DNA of 64,000 bases from Alphaproteobacteria bacterium (lineage in GTDB: Bacteria; Pseudomonadota; Alphaproteobacteria; GCA-2731375). The DNA lies in assembly GCA_965232515.1 (NCBI GenBank), contig CBDDPY010000002.1, positions 672,001 through 736,000 on the forward strand. Direction: 5' to 3'. The translations under genes and the position numbers were made by a program. This document shows, in pieces, positions 34,989 through 44,017 of the stretch (position 1 is the first letter of the stretch; each line of letters starts with the position of its first letter). A model generated the notes under the pieces. The model had not been told where the DNA came from. It searched no databases and was given only the letters and a program-made list of their open reading frames with translations.

Positions 34989-36405
34989 TGCTTCCAGCGG
35001 TCTGAGCCGGCAGTCCGGGTTCATGGGGGCCTTTCGCGTTTCGCACGCGATCGCCGTGCTTGTCGTCCTAGCCGGTGGCCTGCTCGCGCTTTATCCGCCG
35101 GCTGCCATGTCTCCTGAAATGGCGCGGGCCACCGGCCTCGGCATTGCCACAGTCGGTCTGCTGGCAACGGCCGCGTTGCCAGAACATGTCACGGCGATCC
35201 TGTTCTTTCTCTTTGCCGTCCTGTTCGCGGTGGCGCCGCCGGAAATCATCTTTGCCGGCTTTCATTCCTCCGCCTTCTGGCTGGTCTTCGGCGGCCTGAT
35301 CATCGGCCTCGGTGTGCGCCGGACCGGTCTCGCCGAACGCCTTGCCCACGCTATCGCGCGCGGCCTCGGCACCAGCTATGCCGCCATCATCGGCGGCATG
35401 GTGGCGATCGGCGTCGCGCTCGCCTTCCTGATGCCGTCGACCATGGCGCGCGTCCTGCTGCTGTTGCCGATCGTGATGGCCATGGCGGAAGGCTTCGGCT
35501 TCCAGCCCGGCTCGAAGGGGCGCGCCGGCATGGTGCTGGCGGCGAGCTTCGGCACCATGCTGCCGGCTTTCACCATCCTGCCGGCGGCTTTGCCGGCCGT
35601 GATCATGGCCGGCACCAGCGAGACGCTTTACGGCATCGCGCCGATCTACGGCAATTTCCTGTTGCTGCACTTCCCGGTGCTCGGTTTCCTGAAGGCCGTC
35701 ACCATCGCCGTGATGATCGTGCTGCTGTTTCCGGATACGCCGTCAGTTGCGGGCAAGAGCATTGAAAAGCCGAAGCGGATGCGGCGCGACGAACGGATCA
35801 TGTCGCTGCTTCTGGCGCTGGCGCTGGCCCTCTGGGTGACGGACTTCCTGCATCACGTGTCGCCGGCCTGGGTTGCGCTCGGCGTGGCGTCGATCCTGTT
35901 GTTGCCGGCCGTCGGACTGGTGCCGGCGCAAGCGTTCAGTGAAAAGGTCAACTACGGCTCGCTGTTCTACGTCGCGGGCGTTCTGGGGCTGGGCGCGCTT
36001 CTGAATTACAGCGGGACCGGCGAGCTGCTGGCGCGGGCGGCGCTCGACGTGGTTGCGCTCGAACCCGGCGACACGGCCAAAACCTTCGGTTTCGTCGCCG
36101 GCCTCGGCGCGCTGATCGCCATGGTCGCGACCCAGCCGGCGGTGCCGATCATCATGACGCCGCTCAGTCAGACCATCGCCGATGCCGCGGCCCTGCCGAT
36201 CGAAACCGTGCTGATGATGCAGGTGGTCGGATTCTCGACCGTCGTGCTGCCTTATCAGACGCCGCCATTGGTCGTGGCCATGCAGGTCGGCAACGTGCCG
36301 ATGTCGCAGGGCAACAAGCTCTGCCTCGCCGTGCTGGCGGTCACCATCTTTCTGTTGATCCCGCTGGATTTTGTCTGGTGGTGGGTGCTCGGCCGGTTTG
36401 GCTGA
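34981..36405 (+). CDS. SLC13/DASS-like anion permease
   Basis: Many TM helices, FWLVFGG..RTGLAERLA, LMPSTMAR, LPYQTPP motifs. Confidence 0.8.
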   Translation: MPDASSGLSRQSGFMGAFRVSHAIAVLVVLAGGLLALYPPAAMSPEMARATGLGIATVGLLATAALPEHVTAILFFLFAVLFAVAPPEIIFAGFHSSAFWLVFGGLIIGLGVRRTGLAERLAHAIARGLGTSYAAIIGGMVAIGVALAFLMPSTMARVLLLLPIVMAMAEGFGFQPGSKGRAGMVLAASFGTMLPAFTILPAALPAVIMAGTSETLYGIAPIYGNFLLLHFPVLGFLKAVTIAVMIVLLFPDTPSVAGKSIEKPKRMRRDERIMSLLLALALALWVTDFLHHVSPAWVALGVASILLLPAVGLVPAQAFSEKVNYGSLFYVAGVLGLGALLNYSGTGELLARAALDVVALEPGDTAKTFGFVAGLGALIAMVATQPAVPIIMTPLSQTIADAAALPIETVLMMQVVGFSTVVLPYQTPPLVVAMQVGNVPMSQGNKLCLAVLAVTIFLLIPLDFVWWWVLGRFG

Positions 36406-36432
36406 GCCGGCGGATGCGATAGGTTTCGAAGC

Positions 36433-36870
36433 ATGGCCTTACATATTCTGAAGATGTGCGTCGGCGTCGACGAAGTCGAGCAACTGGTCGAATGGCAAGC
36501 CCGACGGCGCGAGGAATATGCCGCGCGCGGCGAGGAGCCGGTGAACCGGCATTACACCCGACACGTGCCAAGACGGGCCACCGAGATCGAGGACGGCGGG
36601 TCGCTCTACTGGATCATGAAAGGCTTCGTGCGCGCGCGGCAGCGGATCATCCGGATCGACGTGCTGCGGGATCTGGTCGACGGCAAGCGCTGCGCCTTTG
36701 TCCTGGGTCCCGAACTCGTGCGCACAGAACTGCAGGCGCGTCGGCCGCATCAGGGCTGGCGATATCTTGAACCGAAGGACGCGCCGGCAGACCTGCCGGT
36801 CAGTAGTTATCGCGACGATGCGCTGCCGCCGGAGATGGCGGCCGAGCTGCGGCAGCTCGGCCTGATCTGA
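36433..36870 (+). CDS. DUF1489 family protein
   Basis: MALHILKMCVG..HYTRHVPRR..GGSLYWIMKG..RRPHQGWRYL..AELRQLGLI. Confidence 0.88.
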   Translation: MALHILKMCVGVDEVEQLVEWQARRREEYAARGEEPVNRHYTRHVPRRATEIEDGGSLYWIMKGFVRARQRIIRIDVLRDLVDGKRCAFVLGPELVRTELQARRPHQGWRYLEPKDAPADLPVSSYRDDALPPEMAAELRQLGLI

Positions 36871-37947
36871 TCAGACGACCTTGCGCAAGCTGGGGCGCCG
36901 CTGGGCGGCCGCGCGGGCGCCGGCGAGACGCTCCTCGGCCAGACGGTCGGCCATGACGTTGGTCGTCACGCCCTCGCGGTCGGCGCGCTCGAACAGGTTC
37001 GACAGCGTGTCGAAAATGCCGGCGCAGTGGTCGAAGGCCTTGGCCTTATCGTAGTTCGCGCCTTCGTAGGCGATATTGATGATCCCGCCGGCATTGATCA
37101 CGTAGTCCGGCGCATAGAGGATCCCGCGCTCACGCAGCGCTGCTCCGTGCCGGTCCTCGGCCAGCTGGTTGTTGGCCGAACCGGCCACAACCGTCACTTT
37201 CAGCCGCGGCAGCGTCTCGTCGTTGATGACCGCGCCCAGCGCGTTCGGCGCGAACACATCGGCCTCGGCGTCATAGATGTGATCGACATCGACCGCCTCG
37301 GCGCCGAAATCGGCTTTCGCCTGGGAGATCCGGGCCTGGTCGATATCCGTCACGATCAGCTTGGCGCCCGATTTGTGCAAATGCTCGGCGACATGCCAGC
37401 CGACGTGCCCCAGACCCTGCACCGCGACCTTGACGCCGGCGAGATCGTTCTTGCCCAACTTGTGTCGCACGGCCGCGCGAATGCCGTGGAACACGCCCCA
37501 GGCCGTCGCCGGTGAAGGGTCGCCGCTGCCGCCCTCGGCAATGCCGACGACATGCCGTGTCGTGCGCCGCGTATGCTCCAGATCCGCCGGCGAAATGCCC
37601 ACATCTTCGGCCGTAATGTACCGCCCGCCGAGACTATCCACGAACCGCCCGAACGCCTCGAAAAGCGCCGGGCTTTTTTCTGTTTTCGCGTTGCCGATGA
37701 TCACCGCCTTGCCGCCGCCCCAGTTCAGCCCTGCCAGCGCGGACTTATAGGTCATGCCGCGGGAGAGGCGGAGGACGTCGTTGAGGGCCTCGTCGTCGGT
37801 GGCGTAGTTCCACATGCGGCAGCCGCCGAGTGCCGATCCCAAAGTGGTGTCGTGGATGGCGATGATTGCCTTCAATCCAGATGCAGTATCGTTGCAGAAA
37901 ACGACCTGTTCGTGGTTGCGGAACGCGGGCGAGGCGAACACCGACAT
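36871..37947 (-). CDS. Leucine dehydrogenase (Glu/Leu/Phe/Val dehydrogenase family)
   Basis: IAIHDTTLG..GGCRM, LSRGMTYK, GGGKAVI, YITAEDVG, QGLGHVG, GSANNQL, YAPDYVINAGG. Confidence 0.93.
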   Translation of the reverse strand: MSVFASPAFRNHEQVVFCNDTASGLKAIIAIHDTTLGSALGGCRMWNYATDDEALNDVLRLSRGMTYKSALAGLNWGGGKAVIIGNAKTEKSPALFEAFGRFVDSLGGRYITAEDVGISPADLEHTRRTTRHVVGIAEGGSGDPSPATAWGVFHGIRAAVRHKLGKNDLAGVKVAVQGLGHVGWHVAEHLHKSGAKLIVTDIDQARISQAKADFGAEAVDVDHIYDAEADVFAPNALGAVINDETLPRLKVTVVAGSANNQLAEDRHGAALRERGILYAPDYVINAGGIINIAYEGANYDKAKAFDHCAGIFDTLSNLFERADREGVTTNVMADRLAEERLAGARAAAQRRPSLRKVV

Positions 37948-38150
37948 GGCGCGAAGTCTCCTGATTTCAGCCTTTTTTGCTGACCTAGAGATTGCGCAGT
38001 TTGTCTTAACTTACAATGACTTACATCACGTCTCTGAAAGAAAGACGTATTCTTGCTTGGCACGCCGACGGCCGGGTTCGTTTCATGCGACGACGCGATG
38101 CGGATGCGCAACGAAACGCCGATGGGTCAGTCCGTTTGACGTGTTAGCAG

Positions 38151-38166
38151 GTGCAATATATTGCAC
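38151..38166. promoter_or_regulatory. 16-bp perfect palindrome, possible regulator site
   Basis: GTGCAATATATTGCAC in the intergenic region between Fe-ADH stop and leucine dehydrogenase start. Confidence 0.45.
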
Positions 38167-38185
38167 AAAATTCGCATGCCATGAT

Positions 38186-39355
38186 TCATATCGCCAGATC
38201 GCCGGCGATCGCTTTTTCGTAGAGCGGCACGTAGTCGCGCGCGGTGACGGCCCGCGGATTCGTCGTCGTCAGGATATCGGCCTCGGCCTCGTCGGCGAGC
38301 TGTGGCACCGCATCCGTCGGCACGCCGAGGTCGGCGAGCGTGTGCGGAATGCCGAGGTCGCGGCGGAGCGCCAGCACCCACTCGAGGACGGCGTCGAACG
38401 ACGCCTCGGCCAGACCGAGATAGCGCGCGAGCACGGCCATCTTGTCCGCAATCTCCGGCCGGTTATAGAGCAGCACGTAGGGCATGACGACGGCGTTGGT
38501 CAGGCCGTGGTGGGTGTCGTAGTGGGCCGAGACGGGATGGCTCATGGCGTGCATGGCGCCGAGACCTTTCTGGAAGGCGACGGCACCCATGCTGGCCGCC
38601 ACGAGCATGTGAGCACGGCCCTCGATATGGCTGCCGTCCTTGACCACGACAGGCAGCCATTCATCGATCAGCCGCATGCCCTCGAGCGCGATGCCGGTCG
38701 ACATCGGGTGATAGAAATGCGTCGAGTAGGCCTCGAGGCAGTGACTGAGCGCGTCCATGCCGACGGCCGCGGTGATCTCAGGCGGCAAGCCGACGGTGAG
38801 CGCGGGGTCCGAGATCACGATTGGCGGCAGCATGCGTGGATGGAAGATCAGGCGTTTGATCTGCGCCTTCTCGTCGGTGACCACGGCCGACCGACCCACT
38901 TCCGAGCCGGTGCCGGCGGTCGTCGGCACCGCGATGAGCGGCGCCATGCCGTCGACGTTGACGCGCTTCCAGTTGTCGCCCTCGTCGACGAAGTCCCATA
39001 GCGGCCGATCCTGACCAACCATCAGCGCGATGTTCTTGGCCGCGTCCAGCGCGCTGCCGCCGCCGAAGGCGATGACGCCGTCATGCCCGCCGGCCTTGAA
39101 GGCGGCGACGCCGTCATAGACGTTGCTCTCGACCGGGTTGCCCTGCACTTCGGCGAACAAGGTTGTCGGCAGGCCGGCGGCGTTGTTCGCGTCGATGGCC
39201 GAATGCACGATCTCGGCCTGCGCCAGACCCCGGTCAGTGACGAACAAAGGGCGGCTCATGCCCAGCTCGCGGCAGGCGTTGGCCAGCTCGGCAATACGGC
39301 CCGCGCCGAAACGCACGGACGTCGGATAGCTCCAGTCGGCTCGCAGATCGGTCAT
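38186..39355 (-). CDS. Iron-containing alcohol dehydrogenase
   Basis: AFGGGSALD, VPTTAGTGSEV, DALSHCLEAY, HAMSH, HHG metal ligands. Confidence 0.95.
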   Translation of the reverse strand: MTDLRADWSYPTSVRFGAGRIAELANACRELGMSRPLFVTDRGLAQAEIVHSAIDANNAAGLPTTLFAEVQGNPVESNVYDGVAAFKAGGHDGVIAFGGGSALDAAKNIALMVGQDRPLWDFVDEGDNWKRVNVDGMAPLIAVPTTAGTGSEVGRSAVVTDEKAQIKRLIFHPRMLPPIVISDPALTVGLPPEITAAVGMDALSHCLEAYSTHFYHPMSTGIALEGMRLIDEWLPVVVKDGSHIEGRAHMLVAASMGAVAFQKGLGAMHAMSHPVSAHYDTHHGLTNAVVMPYVLLYNRPEIADKMAVLARYLGLAEASFDAVLEWVLALRRDLGIPHTLADLGVPTDAVPQLADEAEADILTTTNPRAVTARDYVPLYEKAIAGDLAI

Positions 39356-39397
39356 CCGCCAGATTCCTTGTTGATGATATTGAGCGGGGAGGGGCGC

Positions 39398-40789
39398 TTA
39401 GCGTCCGGTGCGAAGATGAAACGACTTCGGCCGCGTCAGGTGCTCGTAGCCCAGGCGCGACAGCGTGCAGCCGCGACCACTGTCCTTGACGCCGGTCCAG
39501 GCCAGCGCCGGATCGAGATAGTCGCATCGGTTCATGAACCAGGTGCCGGTTTCGACCTGCGTGCCGACGGCAATGGCGGCATCCTCGTCCTGCGACCAGA
39601 TCGAGGCGGTCAACCCGAAGTCGCTATCGTTCATCAGGGCGACGGCCTCGTCGTCGTCGTCCACCTTCATGATGCCAATGGCCGGGCCGAAGGTCTCGTC
39701 CCGCATGATCTGCATGTCGTGCGCGACGCCGGTCAGCACCTGCGGAGCGAGATACGGCGAGCCGTCGACCGCCGCCGGAAACAGAGCAGGATCGATCAGC
39801 GCCTTGGCGCCCCTGGCAACGGCGTCCGCGATCTGGCCGCGTACATGCTCGGCGGCCGAGGCCCGTACGAGCGGACCGAGGCTCACATCCTTGTCGAGGG
39901 GGTTGCCCAGGCGATACTGCTTTGCCGCCTCGACCACGCCCTCGACGATGTCGTCGTAAACGTCGGCATGCGCGTAGATACGTTCGATGGCGCAGCAGGA
40001 TTGGCCACTGTTGTAGAACGCGCCGTCGGCGAGGTTCTCGACCGTCGACGCCAGATCGCAGTCCGGCCGCACGTAGGCCGGGTCCTTGCCGCCAAGCTCC
40101 AGGCCGACGCCGATGAAGCGTTCGGCCGCGGCGCGCTGAATAGCGCGGCCGCCGGCGACGGAGCCTGTAAAGGCGACATAGGCGATCCGCGGATCGCGGA
40201 TCAGGCCCTCGGTGTCGGCGTGGCTGAGCGTCAGATCCTGGAACACGCCATCCGGCAGTCCGGCTTTCGCGAACGCTTCGTTGAAACGTTCGGCGCAGAG
40301 CGGCGTTTGCGCCGAGTGCTTCAGCAATACGGCATTGCCGGCCATGATCGCCGGGACAACGGAATTGACGGCGATCAGGTAGGGGTAGTTCCAGGCCGCA
40401 ATGGTCAGCACGACGCCGAGCGGCTCGCGGCGAATGAAGCGGTTGAAGCCCGCTTTTTCGCCGGCGTCGATATCGGCCAGGGCGTCACCGGCGATCTCGA
40501 CCATATGATAGGCGCGTTCTTCGAAGCCGCGTAGTTCGTTCGGATTCTGCCCGATCGGCCGGCCCATCTGCCAAGTCAGTTCCTCGCAGACCGCGTCCGC
40601 GCTGGCCAGCATGACCGTCACGAAGCGGCGGCAGATCGCCGCGCGTTCGCGGATCGGCGTCAGCTTCCATTCGGCCTGCGCCCGGCTCGCCCGCTCCAGC
40701 GCCGCGGCGATCTGCGCCGGCGCCGCGAGCGGCCGTTCGGCATAAATCGACCCGTCGACCGGACTCACGACTTGCAGGATGCTCTTCAT
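39398..40789 (-). CDS. Aldehyde dehydrogenase family protein
   Basis: AWNYP, FTGS, LELGGKDP, NSGQSCC, ETFGP. Confidence 0.95.
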   Translation of the reverse strand: MKSILQVVSPVDGSIYAERPLAAPAQIAAALERASRAQAEWKLTPIRERAAICRRFVTVMLASADAVCEELTWQMGRPIGQNPNELRGFEERAYHMVEIAGDALADIDAGEKAGFNRFIRREPLGVVLTIAAWNYPYLIAVNSVVPAIMAGNAVLLKHSAQTPLCAERFNEAFAKAGLPDGVFQDLTLSHADTEGLIRDPRIAYVAFTGSVAGGRAIQRAAAERFIGVGLELGGKDPAYVRPDCDLASTVENLADGAFYNSGQSCCAIERIYAHADVYDDIVEGVVEAAKQYRLGNPLDKDVSLGPLVRASAAEHVRGQIADAVARGAKALIDPALFPAAVDGSPYLAPQVLTGVAHDMQIMRDETFGPAIGIMKVDDDDEAVALMNDSDFGLTASIWSQDEDAAIAVGTQVETGTWFMNRCDYLDPALAWTGVKDSGRGCTLSRLGYEHLTRPKSFHLRTGR

Positions 40790-40802
40790 GCGACCGCCGT
40801 CC

Positions 40803-42179
40803 TCAGATGATCTCGAAGTAGCGTTTCAGCTCCCAATCGGTGATCGCGCGCCGGAACTCGCGCTCTTCCCATTCGCGGGTCGCCGCGAAGTGATCCACGA
40901 AGGCATCGCCGAACAGATCGCGCGCCGCCTTCGACCGCTTCAGGCGTTGCGCCGCATCCCATAGCGTGCGCGGCAAGTCAAGTTTGCTCGGCGTCTTGTG
41001 GTCGTAGGCATTGCCGGCGATGGGCGCGCCCGGTTCGATCTTGTGCTCAATGCCATAAAGACCCGCGCCGAAGGCGGCCGCGAGCGCCAGATAGGGATTG
41101 GCGTCGGCGGCGCCGATCCGGTACTCGACCCGCAAGGCTTCAGGCGGCCCAGTGACGACACGCAGCGCGCAGGTGCGGTTGTCGACGCCCCAGGTCGCCG
41201 CCGTGGGCGCCCAGAAGCCCGGGATCAGCCGGGTGTAGCTGTTGACCGTCGGCGCAATCATGGCCAGAAGCTGGGGCATCAATTGCTGCTGGCCGCCGAT
41301 GAAATGGCGCATGGCCGTACTCATGCCGTGATCGCCCTTGGCGGCCGCGAAGACCGGTTTGCCGCCACGTTTCGCGCGGAGCGACATATGGATATGTCCG
41401 CTCTGGCCGGGGTAGTCCGGCGACCATTTCGCCATGAAGGTCGCCATCAGGCCGTTTTTTTGCGCCAATACCTTGCTGAAGGTCTTGAACAGGGCGGCCT
41501 TGTCGGCGGCGGCGACCATGTCGTCCTTGTCGATCGCCGCCTCCATGACCCCGGGCCCGGTCTCGGTGTGCAGGCCTTCGAGGGGAAAGTCCATGGCCTT
41601 GGCAGTCGACAGCAGTTGCTCGTGAAATTCCGTCCACACGGTCGCGCGCAAGACCGAATAGCCGAAGTTGCCGGGACTGATCGGGGTCAGATCCTGGAAG
41701 CGTTTTTCGTTCGCCGTATGCGGCGTTTCGTCGAACAGGAAGAATTCGTACTCCAGGGCGGCGAGCGTGTCGAAGCCCATCCCATCGGCTTTCGCGGCGA
41801 TGCGCCGCAGCAGTCCGCGTGGGCAGATCTCTTCGGTCGTGCCTGCGAACTCGCCCAGGAACATCAGACCCTTGCCGTCGAACTCGAACGGCAGCTCGCG
41901 GCAGGAATCCGGAATGATCCGCACCTCGGCATCGGGATAACCGGTGTGCCACCCGGTGTGGGTCACATTGTCGTAGAGCTGATCGTTGCTGTCCCAGCCG
42001 ACCACGACATCGCAGAAGCCGAAGCCCTTCGACAGGGCGGAGAGAAACTTCTCCCGCGCCATGAACTTGCCGCGCAAGATACCGTCATAGTCGAAGACCC
42101 CGACCTTGATATGGTCGAGATCCCGTTCCTGGACGATGCGGCGCGCATCCGCCGCCGTTCGGACCTTGGCCGCCTCCAT
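40803..42179 (-). CDS. Glutamine synthetase-like protein (probable gamma-glutamyl-amine ligase)
   Basis: GILRGK, EYEFFLF, HTETGPG, TFMAKW..GQSGHIHMS, NSYTR..WGVDNRT, EYRIGAADANPYL. Confidence 0.9.
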   Translation of the reverse strand: MEAAKVRTAADARRIVQERDLDHIKVGVFDYDGILRGKFMAREKFLSALSKGFGFCDVVVGWDSNDQLYDNVTHTGWHTGYPDAEVRIIPDSCRELPFEFDGKGLMFLGEFAGTTEEICPRGLLRRIAAKADGMGFDTLAALEYEFFLFDETPHTANEKRFQDLTPISPGNFGYSVLRATVWTEFHEQLLSTAKAMDFPLEGLHTETGPGVMEAAIDKDDMVAAADKAALFKTFSKVLAQKNGLMATFMAKWSPDYPGQSGHIHMSLRAKRGGKPVFAAAKGDHGMSTAMRHFIGGQQQLMPQLLAMIAPTVNSYTRLIPGFWAPTAATWGVDNRTCALRVVTGPPEALRVEYRIGAADANPYLALAAAFGAGLYGIEHKIEPGAPIAGNAYDHKTPSKLDLPRTLWDAAQRLKRSKAARDLFGDAFVDHFAATREWEEREFRRAITDWELKRYFEII

Positions 42180-42213
42180 CTCGTTCCGCCTCCCAGCCCT
42201 TTGCGGGCTTCTT

Positions 42214-43020
42214 CTAGAACCGATAGCCCAGCATGGCGCCGCCGAAGAACTGGGTATCGGACTCGCTCAACGGGCTGTCCCCGGCGTCGCCGATCAGCAG
42301 GTTCGCGCGGGCATCGAAGGCGACATAGACGTTCTTCGTGACGTCGTAGATGATCTGGACGTAACCGCCGACGTCGCGGATGCTGGCCTCGGCCGTGAAC
42401 GCCTCCCGTCCGGGACGTACCTGATCGTCGGCAACGCCGAAAAAGGATTCTGCGTAGGTGTCGCTCATATAGGCCACGTTGGCGCCGATGATCAGGCTGG
42501 AATTCGGACCGAACCGGCCGCCATAGGCGGCATCCGCGCTGGCCAGAAAGCCTTCGTGTCCGGTGCCGACGTCCTGGGCGAAGCTGAGCTGCAGCCTGAA
42601 AGGTCCGTTATAGAGCTCGCCGAACAGTCCGACCTCGATCGCGGGATCGATGTCCGGAATGCCTTCGAGCGCATCACTGCCGCCGGAATCACGGCCGTAG
42701 TCGACCGTAAGCCGCGGCCCGAAACGGATGTTGCCCTTTTTATAGAAGGCCCAGCCGAGGCCGCGCTGCGTGCTGAGGAAGAACTCGCCGCGATACTCGA
42801 CGTCGGCCAGCAATAACGGCTTCAGCTCATACTGGTCGCCGCCAAGGTATTCCGGCGCGACACCCGCGCCGGCCGCGATGTTCGTTCGGAACGCTTCCGG
42901 TGTCGCGGGCTTGACCGCATTGCCGCTGGACAGCCAGTTCCCCCAATCGAGGTATTCGCCCGACCATGCCGGCGTCGCAACGACGCAGACAAGTCCGGCG
43001 GCCAGCAGCAGTTTTTTCAT
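42214..43020 (-). CDS. MipA/OmpV family outer-membrane protein
   Basis: Signal peptide, GAGVAPEYLG, YAESFFGV, DSPL, C-terminal GYRF. Confidence 0.88.
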   Translation of the reverse strand: MKKLLLAAGLVCVVATPAWSGEYLDWGNWLSSGNAVKPATPEAFRTNIAAGAGVAPEYLGGDQYELKPLLLADVEYRGEFFLSTQRGLGWAFYKKGNIRFGPRLTVDYGRDSGGSDALEGIPDIDPAIEVGLFGELYNGPFRLQLSFAQDVGTGHEGFLASADAAYGGRFGPNSSLIIGANVAYMSDTYAESFFGVADDQVRPGREAFTAEASIRDVGGYVQIIYDVTKNVYVAFDARANLLIGDAGDSPLSESDTQFFGGAMLGYRF

Positions 43021-43098
43021 TCGCCTCACCTTTACGACGGCGGCGGGAAGGTATCCGGTGGCTGCTTGGTGCGCAAGGCGGGCGAGCTAGGTTTTGTT

Positions 43099-43134
43099 GA
43101 CATTCAAGGGATTGCTTCTGCGGCGGATTTTGAC
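43099..43134 (+). repeat. Copy 1 of imperfect ~35-bp direct repeat (IS left-end sequence)
   Basis: GACATTCAAGGGATTGCTTCTGCGGCGGATTTTGAC; shares ATTGCTTCTGCGGCGG-N-TTTTGAC with 45231-45265. Confidence 0.85.
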
Positions 43135-43189
43135 TTGGCATCCTACCGGCCTAGTTGAGTATCCTGGCAACCACCGATAGCATTCATGG

Positions 43190-44014
43190 ATGGACGGTCA
43201 CGAAACAGACGTGCCGATAGATATCGACTTTGCCGATATCGAACTATATCCACGTTTCCTTGGCGGTATATTTGGTGGTGATGGCGTTGCCCCAACTCGA
43301 GGCAACAACTTTCCGGTTGACTTCGAGCTTTGCTGCGAACTGCAGTTCACGTCGGTACTGCCACCCTTGGACCTCGGAGACATCGAAGTCCAAATTGAGT
43401 TGAAGGCGGCCCGGCTGACCCTTGAACTCACAGACTGTGAGATGCCGCTTTCGCAGCAGAATTATAGAGATCTCGCCCTTGAGAAGGCGTCATTAGTTCA
43501 TGCGCGACAGAGTCGGTCATTCGCCAAGTTGGCAGCTTCTCTAAGGGCAAAGCTCGGGCTCTCTTTAGGAGGCCCTGAAGCAGAAGTCAGCGCAGGACAC
43601 GAACGGGAGTTTGAAACCCAACTCAAAGCCGAACTTGTGCGCCATGTGGTGAATCGCGGTGTAAGGGGGCAAGGCTACCCGAACTATCTCATCGCAGATC
43701 CGCTTGGTCGACCTTTGACGGGCACGGTGATTCACAAAGACGATCGCGAAAACGGGGTGCTTGGAGCGTTGACCAACAGGTCGCCTACGGCTTGGCAAGT
43801 GAAACCGATGCTCGAGATCTCGCTGAGCATCAAACGGATAACGGAGCGGCAAGGAGGCGCATTGCAGGTCCTGAAAACGAACGCTAGGCATGACATCAAA
43901 CAAAGGCGTGCCATGACACAGTTGCAGCTTGTCCAACGCGTGCTTGAAAGGAAGGCTGTCAGGCAACGTCCTTTCGATCCGTGCAAGGCAAGTGATCACC
44001 TGCGGGAAGTCTGA
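43190..44014 (+). CDS. Hypothetical protein (274 aa), beta-rich, with amphipathic hairpin segment
   Basis: Long ORF with atypical codon usage, 3 nt upstream of next CDS; no family recognised. Confidence 0.75.
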   Translation: MDGHETDVPIDIDFADIELYPRFLGGIFGGDGVAPTRGNNFPVDFELCCELQFTSVLPPLDLGDIEVQIELKAARLTLELTDCEMPLSQQNYRDLALEKASLVHARQSRSFAKLAASLRAKLGLSLGGPEAEVSAGHEREFETQLKAELVRHVVNRGVRGQGYPNYLIADPLGRPLTGTVIHKDDRENGVLGALTNRSPTAWQVKPMLEISLSIKRITERQGGALQVLKTNARHDIKQRRAMTQLQLVQRVLERKAVRQRPFDPCKASDHLREV

Positions 44015-44017
44015 TCC

